Source: a virus (Duplodnaviria > Caudoviricetes). Taken from it: a stretch of 64,000 nucleotides of DNA. The notes under the pieces are model-generated. The model was not told the origin of the DNA. It worked only from the letters and a program-made list of their open reading frames with translations, and did not search any database. Within the stretch, counting starts at the first letter, position 1. Each line of letters starts with the position of its first letter. Below are positions 17,336-26,993 of this stretch, piece after piece. The position numbers and the translations under genes are program-made. Where the stretch lies: IMG/VR virus record IMGVR_UViG_3300013296_000013, positions 29,312-93,311 of that record; one strand, written 5' to 3'.

Positions 17336-17755
17336 TTATCTCAATCGTGTGAGTTGAAGATAACCGTATTTTCCTTCGGGATAATATCTCGTAAACACTT
17401 GATATTTTCCCTCAACGTTTGCTTTGTAGATCTTCCGACGGTGAGACTCGGCCTCGCTCTTGGTGCACCATATCAGATTGACATGAGCGAGCGGCTGGTC
17501 TCCAATGTAAGAGAGAATATCTTCCCCCTTCTGGAGCGTTATCTTGTGAAGGGTTTCTATGCCACTCTGAGGAGCCAGTTGGCCTTGGACATGGTTACCC
17601 ACCATACCGGTGAACCATGGCTCTCTGGTCTTCCGAGATGGACGGTTTTCTCGTTCAGCTTTCAGCTGTTGTAGGGGAGTCGGTTTTAGAACTCGCTTCC
17701 GAATCGGCCGAGAATCTTTACCAAACCGAACTCGCAATACGTTGGATCGTCCCAT
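17336..17755 (-). CDS. Basic hypothetical protein
   Basis: GGAG SD, own promoter. Confidence 0.65.
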   Translation of the reverse strand: MGRSNVLRVRFGKDSRPIRKRVLKPTPLQQLKAERENRPSRKTREPWFTGMVGNHVQGQLAPQSGIETLHKITLQKGEDILSYIGDQPLAHVNLIWCTKSEAESHRRKIYKANVEGKYQVFTRYYPEGKYGYLQLTRLR

Positions 17756-17858
17756 GTACTATCTCCAGATGTAGACATGTTCATATTAATCCAGTGACTA
17801 GAAAATGTCAAATACACCCTTGACATTTTCTAGGAAATGGTGTAGAATGCTTATGGGC

Positions 17859-18053
17859 TCAGTGATGTAAGAGCTTATTAAGCACTCTTTTATAGCCTGG
17901 CTGATAGACCGATTCTTTCTCGATGTAGAGGATCCATGGCATGCTGTTTGCGCTTACTCGTATGCTTAGTATGTTCCCATCACGCTCTACACACGCTCCG
18001 GCGGCTTCCAGTCCAGCTATGGCTGTATCAGCATCGATACGATTCATAGCCAT
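17859..18053 (-). CDS. Hypothetical protein
   Basis: MAMNRID start after GGAG. Confidence 0.5.
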   Translation of the reverse strand: MAMNRIDADTAIAGLEAAGACVERDGNILSIRVSANSMPWILYIEKESVYQPGYKRVLNKLLHH

Positions 18054-18135
18054 CTTCTTCTCCATCAAAAGAACAAACAAAATGGGGGAGACCGGTTTCC
18101 CAGCCTCCCCCACTTCGCCCCCAATGAACCGCGTA

Positions 18136-18711
18136 TTAGGCAGTCGCCGCCTCGGGCTTCGCAGCAGGTTCCTCGGGCTTGGCCGGCTCGATCCAGAGAC
18201 CGGCCTGCTTCAGCACGTAGGGCAGCATCTTGTCCTTGGTGCCGATCGCCGGCTTTGCCTTCAGCTTCGCGTCGAGCAACTGCTCGAGGAAGGCGCGCCG
18301 CTGATCGTCGTTCTCGAGCGCCTGATAATTGACCGCGTCGTCGCCGACCAGGATGTGCATGCGGTCCATATCCCAGCTGACGTCCTTGCCGCGCACGCCG
18401 CGGTCATAGGCATCATTCAGTGTGGTGATCTGGCGGTGCGCGCCCTCGTCCTTCGACGGGTTGTAATAGTGCTCGAAGTGCTTGGGAGCGATCGAGCCGC
18501 GCTTCGGGTTCTTGACCGAAAGAACGAAGAGCGGCCGGATGACCGGCCCTTCAGCAGCGGGAGCAGCATCCGAGGTAGCAACGCCTTCGGGCATCAGCTT
18601 GTCGGCCGCGGCCGAACCGGAAACCGTGCTTGCGGCCTGGGTTTCGGCGGCCTTGCGGGCGCGCGAACCGGAACGGCTGGCACTCGGGATATTTGCAACG
18701 GAAGCAGGCAT
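18136..18711 (-). CDS. NPK-motif hypothetical protein (paralogue of 6737..7144)
   Basis: NPKRGS...HFEHY...GVRGKDVSWD...ILVGDDAV; Ala/Pro-rich termini; promoter and terminator. Confidence 0.8.
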   Translation of the reverse strand: MPASVANIPSASRSGSRARKAAETQAASTVSGSAAADKLMPEGVATSDAAPAAEGPVIRPLFVLSVKNPKRGSIAPKHFEHYYNPSKDEGAHRQITTLNDAYDRGVRGKDVSWDMDRMHILVGDDAVNYQALENDDQRRAFLEQLLDAKLKAKPAIGTKDKMLPYVLKQAGLWIEPAKPEEPAAKPEAATA

Positions 18712-18953
18712 GATAAAAATCTCCAACGATATGTTTCACCAAATCGGAGAGGATCCATCCTTCCCGATGAACCCTATGTAATACAGGTATGCACCCTTGT
18801 AAATACCTTTTTCACCATTTTAATACGATAAAAATTATCCGTCATATCACGCCCTATAATATACACGCGTGCGGGAGATAAAATGTAGTTTACTTCGAAT
18901 ATTTTTTGTATTATAAGGTCTCACTGAGTGGGCAACTTTTGATTGGAGACAAA

Positions 18954-19835
18954 ATGTCAGCAAACCTGCATGAGATGAACCTCTCGAAGCGGGCCGTGAC
19001 GCCCAGTTCTATCACCGCGATGAACGTTCTCCAATACAACTCGGCTAATATGCCTGATTTCGATCCAAAGATGAACGATGAGATGATCTATAATCATCTC
19101 AGGAAGACGTTCGAGCGCGTTGAGGACTATACCAGAAAAGCGTTTGATGGTCGTCTACGATCTCTCATCATACCAGGACCAGCGGGTGTTGGTAAGACCA
19201 CACCGTTGGAAAATATGAAGGAAGAGGAAGACCCTGATAACCTTCGGTCTAGTATCATGTCAGGTTATGTTCGTGCTCCTTACCTCTATCGCAACCTATA
19301 CAAGTATCGTAATAGAGGATCTCTATTAGCGTTGGATGATGCTGATAGTGTCTGGAAGGACATGCAGTCGCTGAACCTTCTGAAGAAGGCGACCGATACT
19401 ACTCGAGAGCGCTGGATCACGTATGGTTCGGACTACAAGATGGAGGACGAAGAGACCGGTGAGCAACTCCCCAAGCGCTTTTTGTTTGAGGGTGGGGTGA
19501 TGTTCATGACAAATATGAACTTCGAAGCAGCCAAGCGCAATTCATCTCTTCAACCCCACATCACAGCGATGGAATCGAGGTCATTTGTATTTGATCTCGG
19601 CATCAAGACCAAGCGTCACCTTCTTCTCTGCATATATTACTATGCTAATGAGAAGGGTTTGTTTGACCGATTTGGTCTGTCGAGAGAAGAATATAAGCCT
19701 ATCCTCGATTTCATTACCAAGAACATACACCGACTTCGGGAGATCAGTCTTCGCACGGCTGTAAAGTGCGCACAACTGATGGAGCTCGAAGGTGACAACT
19801 GGCAGGATGCTGCTGAATTGATGTTATTCCAATGA
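18954..19835 (+). CDS. AAA+ ATPase
   Basis: Walker A GPAGVGKT, Walker B LALDDAD, sensor TN, SR arginine finger. Confidence 0.85.
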   Translation: MSANLHEMNLSKRAVTPSSITAMNVLQYNSANMPDFDPKMNDEMIYNHLRKTFERVEDYTRKAFDGRLRSLIIPGPAGVGKTTPLENMKEEEDPDNLRSSIMSGYVRAPYLYRNLYKYRNRGSLLALDDADSVWKDMQSLNLLKKATDTTRERWITYGSDYKMEDEETGEQLPKRFLFEGGVMFMTNMNFEAAKRNSSLQPHITAMESRSFVFDLGIKTKRHLLLCIYYYANEKGLFDRFGLSREEYKPILDFITKNIHRLREISLRTAVKCAQLMELEGDNWQDAAELMLFQ

Positions 19836-19926
19836 GTAATAAACCATCTGACCGAGATATCGCTGAAGCTATCGCGATCATCATATTGATAATGGTGATC
19901 GTTGGGTTCGCCTGTTGGAGATGATC

Positions 19927-20145
19927 ATGCGTGAAAAGATATTGTATGGCGTGTGCATATTCTTATTGCTTATCGCCGCTACTGCCGCTATAACTGCTCT
20001 CTATGAGAACTATCAAACATATTCGGATATTCGTGCTATGCGTATGAATAACCAGATGATCGCTGATAATATCAGAAAGACCAGCGGCGCCTGGCTCGAT
20101 AAGACGTGTCGTGAGTATGACACCAAGGTACTTCATAAACATTGA
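19927..20145 (+). CDS. Hypothetical membrane-anchored protein
   Basis: N-terminal TM segment. Confidence 0.55.
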   Translation: MREKILYGVCIFLLLIAATAAITALYENYQTYSDIRAMRMNNQMIADNIRKTSGAWLDKTCREYDTKVLHKH

Positions 20146-20157
20146 GGAATTCGTCCG

Positions 20158-20385
20158 ATGGGTTTGTTGACTTATCTCAAGAAGCGCGCTGCTGAACGAC
20201 AACAGCGCGACTACGACAAGGCCAAGAATCGTTCTAATCTGATGGCTCGTGCCGACCATATTATGAACAAAAATGGTTGGGAAATCGAGTTCTTACCTGT
20301 CGACATCATCGGTGATCTATATGTCTTCGAAGTCTACCTCGGTGGTCAGTACATGGGTAATGCCGAACTCCACATGCCGAATTAA
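20158..20385 (+). CDS. Hypothetical protein
   Basis: GAGG SD. Confidence 0.6.
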   Translation: MGLLTYLKKRAAERQQRDYDKAKNRSNLMARADHIMNKNGWEIEFLPVDIIGDLYVFEVYLGGQYMGNAELHMPN

Positions 20386-20524
20386 ACCGTTTAAATCTGA
20401 GACCTTCTGAGAGGGATTTCTCCGGAACAATGTATCCTTCCATATAACTCGATTAGCCTCTCTGCATGGCCTAGAATAACAACCAGTTGACATTTCTGGC
20501 CATATAGGGTATCCTATAATAAGA

Positions 20525-20713
20525 ATGGATAATCATCTAAATACGATCGCTCTGAAACTCGTTGGAGTCGGAGGGCTGATCGTATTTGGTCTGCTTCTGC
20601 TTCTCATCGGTCTCTTCATCAAGATCTTCATAGTCGTTTGTCTGTTATCACTAAACATATGGCTCATAGTGCAGATAATTCGAGTCCACAAACGTAAAGC
20701 AATAACTAAATGA
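20525..20713 (+). CDS. Hypothetical membrane protein
   Basis: Hydrophobic; promoter at 20486-20520. Confidence 0.6.
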   Translation: MDNHLNTIALKLVGVGGLIVFGLLLLLIGLFIKIFIVVCLLSLNIWLIVQIIRVHKRKAITK

Positions 20714-20849
20714 ATGAACGACTTCTAACACGTGACGAGTTCAGGCGAGGTGTTCACACTCGAGCGGCAGAGTCGTCTGCTAATTTTGCCTTGACATTTC
20801 CTGAACAGTAGTTTATAAGTGGCTCTTAGGTTCAACTTAAGAGTTATAA

Positions 20850-21137
20850 ATGATAGGTCACGCGTTTGACGGTACATACGGTCTTCAGGGTAAGACGTCT
20901 ACCGGCACTACAGTAGCTTTCGCAGTCGGTCATCTGACCATCACCGAAGGCGCTACTCCGATCGAAGCTTGCTACGTCAAGATCACCGATCCAGCCGGTA
21001 ACGTCACTCTGGAGTCAGCTCTGAAGACTGAAACATTCGGTCTTCTCATGACACTCATTCACGAAGTATTTGTGGACGCAGTTCCACAGCCAGGCGAATC
21101 GCTGCCAAAATCAAAGATCATTCTACCAGGGAAGTAA
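20850..21137 (+). CDS. Hypothetical protein
   Basis: Promoter upstream. Confidence 0.6.
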   Translation: MIGHAFDGTYGLQGKTSTGTTVAFAVGHLTITEGATPIEACYVKITDPAGNVTLESALKTETFGLLMTLIHEVFVDAVPQPGESLPKSKIILPGK

Positions 21138-21141
21138 TACG

Positions 21142-21987
21142 ATGCGCTCCGATATGAAGAAACTCCTGTGCGAAGAACCGCGCCGAGGTGGCGGTAACGC
21201 GCGCAAGGGACGCGACTATCGGAGCTATGACGACATGCCTTTCCGCGAGGGTATGTCGATGCGTAGTCGTCGCTTGAAGGGTGCCGGCAAAGAGTTCGGT
21301 GAACACCTTCAGCCGCTTAAGCGCTACATCGAGAAGCAGGTTGGTCGTCCTTGGGACAAGGTCTACTCTGAGATCAAAGAGTCGATGGGTTCTGGACAGA
21401 CCCCAGTCGAGTCGCACATCTTCGAGCACCTCGAGGGTTACATCGCGATTAAGGTCGTCAAGTGCGATATCAGCGAGTCCAACACCGGCATGGTTCATCA
21501 CTACGTCCTCGGATCGTGTGGCTATGACTATCGTCGTAAGGTATATCCTGGCGATCTCTTCGTCGATCCCGCGAGCGGCATCATCAAGCGCGCTAAGTCA
21601 CTCAAACCACAGCCTAAGAAGCTTCCGCCTCTTAAGGACTGGCGCGATATCAGTGACAAGCTCTTTGTAAACAAGATCGATGGAATCTGGTACGGCTGGG
21701 ACAAGTACGCGGTCACCACCACACACCGATGGATGTGGAATTCTTCTACGCCTAAGGAAGATCGTAACGGTGCAAATCACAGCAACGTCGACTACGGTCA
21801 CTGGATTAAGTTCTTCGTTATCAATGGCAATGATCACCTGAGCGTGCCTCAGCATAACGGCCCTGGTCCCAATTCGGATTACATCCGTCGTTGGCCGTAC
21901 ACCAGGATCTATAAGACGGCTTACATGAATAAGCGTCAGCTGAACGCTACTGAGCTTCGAAAGTATAATCTGAAAAATGATAGATAA
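21142..21987 (+). CDS. Conserved basic hypothetical protein
   Basis: L.PL.RY...QVGRPWDKVYSEI motif recalled from uncharacterised bacterial and phage proteins. Confidence 0.75.
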   Translation: MRSDMKKLLCEEPRRGGGNARKGRDYRSYDDMPFREGMSMRSRRLKGAGKEFGEHLQPLKRYIEKQVGRPWDKVYSEIKESMGSGQTPVESHIFEHLEGYIAIKVVKCDISESNTGMVHHYVLGSCGYDYRRKVYPGDLFVDPASGIIKRAKSLKPQPKKLPPLKDWRDISDKLFVNKIDGIWYGWDKYAVTTTHRWMWNSSTPKEDRNGANHSNVDYGHWIKFFVINGNDHLSVPQHNGPGPNSDYIRRWPYTRIYKTAYMNKRQLNATELRKYNLKNDR

Positions 21988-22240
21988 ACTGAAGATCATA
22001 GCTGGTGCTTCTATATTAGCGCACATTATTGCTTGCTTGTCGATGAATTTGTTCTATCGCATAGACATCCATAACACTCAGTGGGACTACTTTGCGTGTT
22101 TGATGGGAGCGATCATCGCTTACGCATATTTCGAGAAGAGGGGATGGACTAATGACGATGAAGAGAGTTTATCTGAAATCAGCTCCCTCGAATCACGATC
22201 AAATGAAACCGAACCTCTGGATACACATCTGGGAAGCTAA
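21977..22240 (+). CDS. Hypothetical membrane protein
   Basis: Two hydrophobic segments. Confidence 0.5.
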   Translation: MIDKLKIIAGASILAHIIACLSMNLFYRIDIHNTQWDYFACLMGAIIAYAYFEKRGWTNDDEESLSEISSLESRSNETEPLDTHLGS

Positions 22241-22362
22241 GCGATTTCATCGATCGCGCATTCCACAGAGGATGTGGTCATTCAGTTATTCATGGACTGG
22301 TCGATGGCACAGGACTCGCAAGATCGACATTCCAGCAATGAAGAATAAACCAATAGGTGGAT

Positions 22363-22632
22363 ATGGAAGACGACCTAATCGATGATCTAATCTTAGCGTT
22401 TCTACTACAAGAAAATGATCACATCGAGACGCGCCAAGATCTGGAGACATCTAAGCAGAGCGTAGCTTGGTTTACGAATGGCCTAAGTGAAATTCAACGA
22501 GAAGCTAACAAGCCTATTGGTGATATTAGGTGGACTAGAATGTTAGTTCGTTCGATGGGTGAGACAGCCGACAATACTATAAAGCGCGACGCTGATAGTA
22601 CAGCTCCAATCATCATTCGAAAGGAGAAGTGA
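22363..22632 (+). CDS. Hypothetical protein
   Basis: ORF. Confidence 0.55.
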   Translation: MEDDLIDDLILAFLLQENDHIETRQDLETSKQSVAWFTNGLSEIQREANKPIGDIRWTRMLVRSMGETADNTIKRDADSTAPIIIRKEK

Positions 22633-22701
22633 TATGAACTTTCTTCGTCAATATCCAGAATTTTATCCGATCTATTTCTGCGTTCTAGGATTAGCATTGG
22701 T

Positions 22702-23073
22702 ATGGTTATTGTTCTAATACTGCTTCTGTTTACGAAGCACTTCATATTCGACTTTGTATACCAACCACCATACCAGTGGCAGAACAAAGGCACCTATGGA
22801 CACTGGGGCGGGCTTGTCCATGCTCTGCAACATGGTATTGCCACATGGCTAATCCTGGCCATTTATATTCCGTGGTACTCAGCCGCCCTTCTCTGTGCCC
22901 TAGAGATGGCATTCCATTACCACATAGATTACTTCAAGATGAATATCAATAGAATCTATGGATGGAAGTGCAATACGCACAATGAGTTCTGGATACTGAC
23001 TGGGGCTGATCAGTATCTGCATGCTCTTACGTATATCTGGATCGTTTGGGAGGTGACTCGTGTACACGTTTGA
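22702..23073 (+). CDS. DUF3307 family membrane protein
   Basis: KHFIFDF..Q, H...HG, HYHID..K, GADQ.LH. Confidence 0.8.
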   Translation: MVIVLILLLFTKHFIFDFVYQPPYQWQNKGTYGHWGGLVHALQHGIATWLILAIYIPWYSAALLCALEMAFHYHIDYFKMNINRIYGWKCNTHNEFWILTGADQYLHALTYIWIVWEVTRVHV

Positions 23074-23722
23074 CAGCAAGTATAAGGTCGGTGCTTCGTT
23101 TAGCGAGGGATATCATGAGAACCACGTGAAGAACGAACCAATGTTCTTCAATTCGTCTATCGAATTCGCGATCACACGAGGAGGACGAATCACTAGAGAT
23201 TTCCTCACGACTTTCTTAAACGACAATCCATATTACGATGAAGACCGTTATGTCTTCGACAGTCGGGTGCATATGCTGATGCCCGGTTGGTTTCCGTGCA
23301 TCCCGGGTTTCCATCACGATGACGTTCCTCGACAGACTAGCAATGGCCAGCCAGATTACGACAGCCCTTCTTATCGTGCTAACCATTGTCTTGGGTTGGT
23401 CAATGGCGATATTTGTCCTACTCAGTTTGCTACTGGTCGTGCCGATTTTTCACGCGTTCCGGACGATGTGATCGTCTATAAACAATGGCATCTAGAAGTA
23501 GAAGAGAAGATTAAGAATGGCGAACTTGAAAGATCTAGCGCGCCGAGTAATAAGCTCGTCTACTTCAATGATCGGACATGGCATCAAGGTGTACGCACCA
23601 GAGCTGGCGGTTGGCGTTGGTTTGGTCGTGTCAGTTGGGATACTGACCGCGTTAAAAGGATCTCTAACGAGATCAGACAGCAGGTCCAAGTCTACCTTGA
23701 GTTCCCACTCGAAGGATGGTGA
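23060..23722 (+). CDS. Putative 2OG-Fe(II) dioxygenase-like protein
   Basis: HHDD (HxD) ... WHQG ... GWRWFGR arrangement. Confidence 0.5.
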   Translation: MYTFDSKYKVGASFSEGYHENHVKNEPMFFNSSIEFAITRGGRITRDFLTTFLNDNPYYDEDRYVFDSRVHMLMPGWFPCIPGFHHDDVPRQTSNGQPDYDSPSYRANHCLGLVNGDICPTQFATGRADFSRVPDDVIVYKQWHLEVEEKIKNGELERSSAPSNKLVYFNDRTWHQGVRTRAGGWRWFGRVSWDTDRVKRISNEIRQQVQVYLEFPLEGW

Positions 23723-23724
23723 TA

Positions 23725-24291
23725 TTACTGAATCGGATATCCCGAAGTAATATCGATATTATTCAGCTGATCTAGGTTAGTAGCAGAATAGATCTGATTT
23801 CTAATGACTGATGCTGAGTATTGGCACTGCAATACGTATTTCGCAACTGTTGATCCTAATTGTATCGCATCATTGGCATTTAGATCTGCGATACTATTAT
23901 CTTCCATCGTAAACTTAACATCAAACTGATCATTATTCATTAATGACGCTATAGCTGATGTTGTTATGATATTGATATTATTACGATCAGATAGAGAAGT
24001 TTGAACGCGACCGAATGGTGTCATACAACCTATAGATTTACGCTGTTCACGATAATCTTTGGCTCGAGCCCAGAGTTTATCTCTTTCATCGTCGATATTG
24101 ATATGATATGAAAAACTAGTTCCACCGTGCCATATCATACCGATGTCACAAAACATATCGTCTGGAATGATGACAGCTGATCCAACATGTGGATCGTTTG
24201 GTAGGTCGATTGGGTTATTATTTTCATCTACGTCTATTAGTCGTATTGAAATTACGGTTTGCCCATCACTGTCTATTAACGCTTGTCTCAT
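23725..24291 (-). CDS. Tail fibre assembly-associated protein (DUF4376-like)
   Basis: Follows the fibre gene; QT...DR.NI, F.MEDN....L, I..A...L..IDI..GYP. Confidence 0.7.
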   Translation of the reverse strand: MRQALIDSDGQTVISIRLIDVDENNNPIDLPNDPHVGSAVIIPDDMFCDIGMIWHGGTSFSYHINIDDERDKLWARAKDYREQRKSIGCMTPFGRVQTSLSDRNNINIITTSAIASLMNNDQFDVKFTMEDNSIADLNANDAIQLGSTVAKYVLQCQYSASVIRNQIYSATNLDQLNNIDITSGYPIQ

Positions 24292-24300
24292 TTTAATTCC

Positions 24301-26613
24301 TTAGAAAAATTCGGTGATGAACGCATAGCCGGCTCCGCCTGTACCGCCGCTTCCTGCTACAGCTGTTCCGAATACTACAGGGCCACCACCGCCGCCACCG
24401 CCACCGCATATCTGGCCGTTTCCGCCGTTTCCGCCGTTAGTAGTACCGTTGATGGTTCCTCGGCCACCTCCACCTCCACATCCTAGTAAGTTAGTGGGAG
24501 TTCCTGATATCGTTCCGCCGTTAGCTCCTAGAGTACCGGCGCCAGCTCCACCGGCTATCGAATTAGATCCACCACCAGCTGCTCCTGATGAGGCTGTTGG
24601 AGTTGTAGACATTCCGCCACCGGAACCGCCTCCAGCACCGCCAAACAAACCGCTATAACCACCGCCTCCAGCACCGCCAGAGATACATCCGCCTCCAGCA
24701 CCGCCCATAGTTCCAGCGGATGATGCACCACCATTCGTTCCAGCTGTACCACCGCCTAATCCAGCGACGCTGTTTGATGTTCCTCCGTTTCCTCCAGCAC
24801 CACTGTATCCAGCAGAAGCACCGCCAGTAGCGTTGTTAGCTCCAACACCTCCTCCGCCGCCTCCGCCGCCGCCGTATGCTACTAGATATGTGCCAAACGA
24901 CGTAGATCCACCAGTTGCTCCAACAGCACCATTTGCCGCTGTGGCACTTCCAGTTCCGCCAGATCCTCCAGCACCAATAGTGACTGTTACTGGAAATGAT
25001 AATGACGCTACGTCAAAGAACATAAGAGCTTTAGCACCACCGCCACCGCCACCGCCACCGGTTCCAGCCGTTCCAGATGCTACGGTAGCTCCAGCTCCTC
25101 CGCCGCCACCAGCTCCGACTATAGAAACACGTATAACTTTAGCGCCTGTCGTTGGTGTATAACTTTGGGTTGATGTAATGGTAACATCATTAGTTGATCC
25201 ACCACTTCCACCACCAGCCGATCCAGTGTAACCAGTAGCACCGATAGATCCAGTAAAACCAGCACCCTGCGATCCGGTGTAGCCGATGCCTCCAATAGAT
25301 CCAACGTATCCAAGAGCGCCAATAGATCCAGTAAATCCAGCTCCCTGCGATCCCGTGTACCCTAGATCACCGATAGAGCCTACGAATCCTGTAGAACCAA
25401 TCGATCCAGTGAAGCCTGCACCCTGTGATCCGGTATAACCCAGCGAACCTATTGATCCATTATATCCAGTAGCGCCCTGAGATCCTGTGTAGCCTAGAGC
25501 TCCGATAGAACCGTTATATCCAGTCGCTCCGATAGAACCAGTGAAGCCCGCACCCTGTGATCCGGTATAACCTAGAGCACCGATAGAACCAGAGAAACCA
25601 ATATTACCGATACTACCGGTGAAACCGGTGGTTCCAATAGATCCGTTATAACCAGTGATGCCTTGTGAACCAGTATAACCTATTGAACCGATGGATCCAG
25701 TAAATCCGATAGAACCAGTGTATCCGATACTACCTGTGTAGCCTAGAGCACCTATCGACCCGCTGAAACCGGCACCCTGTGATCCTGTATAACCTACACT
25801 TCCAGTATATCCTAACGATCCGATAGAACCGGCATATCCTAGAGCACCTATCGATCCGGTGAAGCCAGTCGAACCATTAAAGCCCGTAGTTCCGTATGAT
25901 CCAGTAAATCCGATACTACCAATAGAGCCGGTAAAGCCAGTAGCGCCGATAGAACCAGTATATCCGATACTACCTGTGTAGCCTAGAGCTCCGATAGAAC
26001 CAGTGAAGCCCGCACCCTGTGATCCAGTGTAGCCGATAGAGCCATTAAAGCCTGTCGAACCTATCGATCCGGTGAAACCAATAGATCCGGTGAAACCAAT
26101 AGATCCGATAGATCCATTAAATCCTGTAGCGCCGATAGATCCATTAAATCCTGTAGAGCCGATAGATCCAACGTAACCAATACTTCCACTGTAACCAAGA
26201 GATCCAGTGAAGCCGATTAATCCGATCGAACCATTAAATCCCGCTCCAGTCGATCCTGTAAATCCGATAGAACCAGTGTATCCGATAGAACCAGTTGATC
26301 CCTGTGATCCAGTATAACCTAGCGAACCGATCGAACCGTTGAAACCGACAGGACCAACAGGACCTATCGATCCACTATAGCCAATAGAACCAAACGAACC
26401 ATTATATCCTGTGGCGCCCTGTGATCCAGTATATCCGATACTACCTGTGTAGCCTAGAGCTCCGATAGAACCGTTATATCCAGTCGCTCCGATAGAACCA
26501 GAAAAACCGCGTAAAGCAGAAGCTACCACCGTAGAATATGTTGTAGATGCTGGAACAATCACTCTCTCATTTAAAGGAGTGATTGAAATGTTAAACGTAT
26601 TAGAAGATGTCAT
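24301..26613 (-). CDS. Collagen-like tail fibre with Gly-rich C-terminal domain
   Basis: About 430 aa of G-X-Y repeats (GYTGSI/GFNGSI) followed by a polyglycine-rich domain. Confidence 0.85.
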   Translation of the reverse strand: MTSSNTFNISITPLNERVIVPASTTYSTVVASALRGFSGSIGATGYNGSIGALGYTGSIGYTGSQGATGYNGSFGSIGYSGSIGPVGPVGFNGSIGSLGYTGSQGSTGSIGYTGSIGFTGSTGAGFNGSIGLIGFTGSLGYSGSIGYVGSIGSTGFNGSIGATGFNGSIGSIGFTGSIGFTGSIGSTGFNGSIGYTGSQGAGFTGSIGALGYTGSIGYTGSIGATGFTGSIGSIGFTGSYGTTGFNGSTGFTGSIGALGYAGSIGSLGYTGSVGYTGSQGAGFSGSIGALGYTGSIGYTGSIGFTGSIGSIGYTGSQGITGYNGSIGTTGFTGSIGNIGFSGSIGALGYTGSQGAGFTGSIGATGYNGSIGALGYTGSQGATGYNGSIGSLGYTGSQGAGFTGSIGSTGFVGSIGDLGYTGSQGAGFTGSIGALGYVGSIGGIGYTGSQGAGFTGSIGATGYTGSAGGGSGGSTNDVTITSTQSYTPTTGAKVIRVSIVGAGGGGGAGATVASGTAGTGGGGGGGGAKALMFFDVASLSFPVTVTIGAGGSGGTGSATAANGAVGATGGSTSFGTYLVAYGGGGGGGGGVGANNATGGASAGYSGAGGNGGTSNSVAGLGGGTAGTNGGASSAGTMGGAGGGCISGGAGGGGYSGLFGGAGGGSGGGMSTTPTASSGAAGGGSNSIAGGAGAGTLGANGGTISGTPTNLLGCGGGGGRGTINGTTNGGNGGNGQICGGGGGGGGPVVFGTAVAGSGGTGGAGYAFITEFF

Positions 26614-26923
26614 CTTCGACCTTTACATCGACTAGAGTGGTGAGAGTTAATGATCCATCGTTTTTAGATGCTCTGATTATTAGAACATATCCTGTTCCAT
26701 CTGTTCTAAGCATCGCGGTATTTTGAGAAGATATCTCAAATTGAGCACCATTAGCAGTTAATGATGTTGTTAGATCGAAAGGAGATGGCCCTCTATCAGT
26801 TTGATAACGCAGTGATGCTTGTGCATACCAAGTTCCATCTGATACATCTATCGTTGTTCCATCGTCTATAAAAGACACCAGGAAACCTATGTCTTGTCCA
26901 CGTATAAATTTTATTACAGACAT
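26600..26923 (-). CDS. Small virion/fibre attachment protein (BppU N-terminal-like)
   Basis: Late promoter, directly upstream of the fibre gene, beta-rich. Confidence 0.55.
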   Translation of the reverse strand: MSVIKFIRGQDIGFLVSFIDDGTTIDVSDGTWYAQASLRYQTDRGPSPFDLTTSLTANGAQFEISSQNTAMLRTDGTGYVLIIRASKNDGSLTLTTLVDVKVEDDIF

Positions 26924-26948
26924 AATCGTTCCCTAGTTATGTTTACAA

Positions 26949-26956
26949 TATTTATA
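26949..26956 (-). promoter_or_regulatory. T4-type late promoter
   Basis: TATAAATA. Confidence 0.75.
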
Positions 26957-26993
26957 AGTTGACATTTTAGTCATATTTTGATAGGATACATAT

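Noticed and set aside
17941-18831. 296-aa + strand ORF
   Set aside because: Antisense shadow of the GC3-rich gene 18136..18711, which has the SD, promoter and terminator
20710-20811. Short ORF MNERLLTRDEFRRGV resembling the start of phage HNH proteins
   Set aside because: Too short to support a call; at most a gene remnant
24449-25162. Proline-rich + strand ORFs
   Set aside because: Reverse complement of polyglycine codons in the fibre gene
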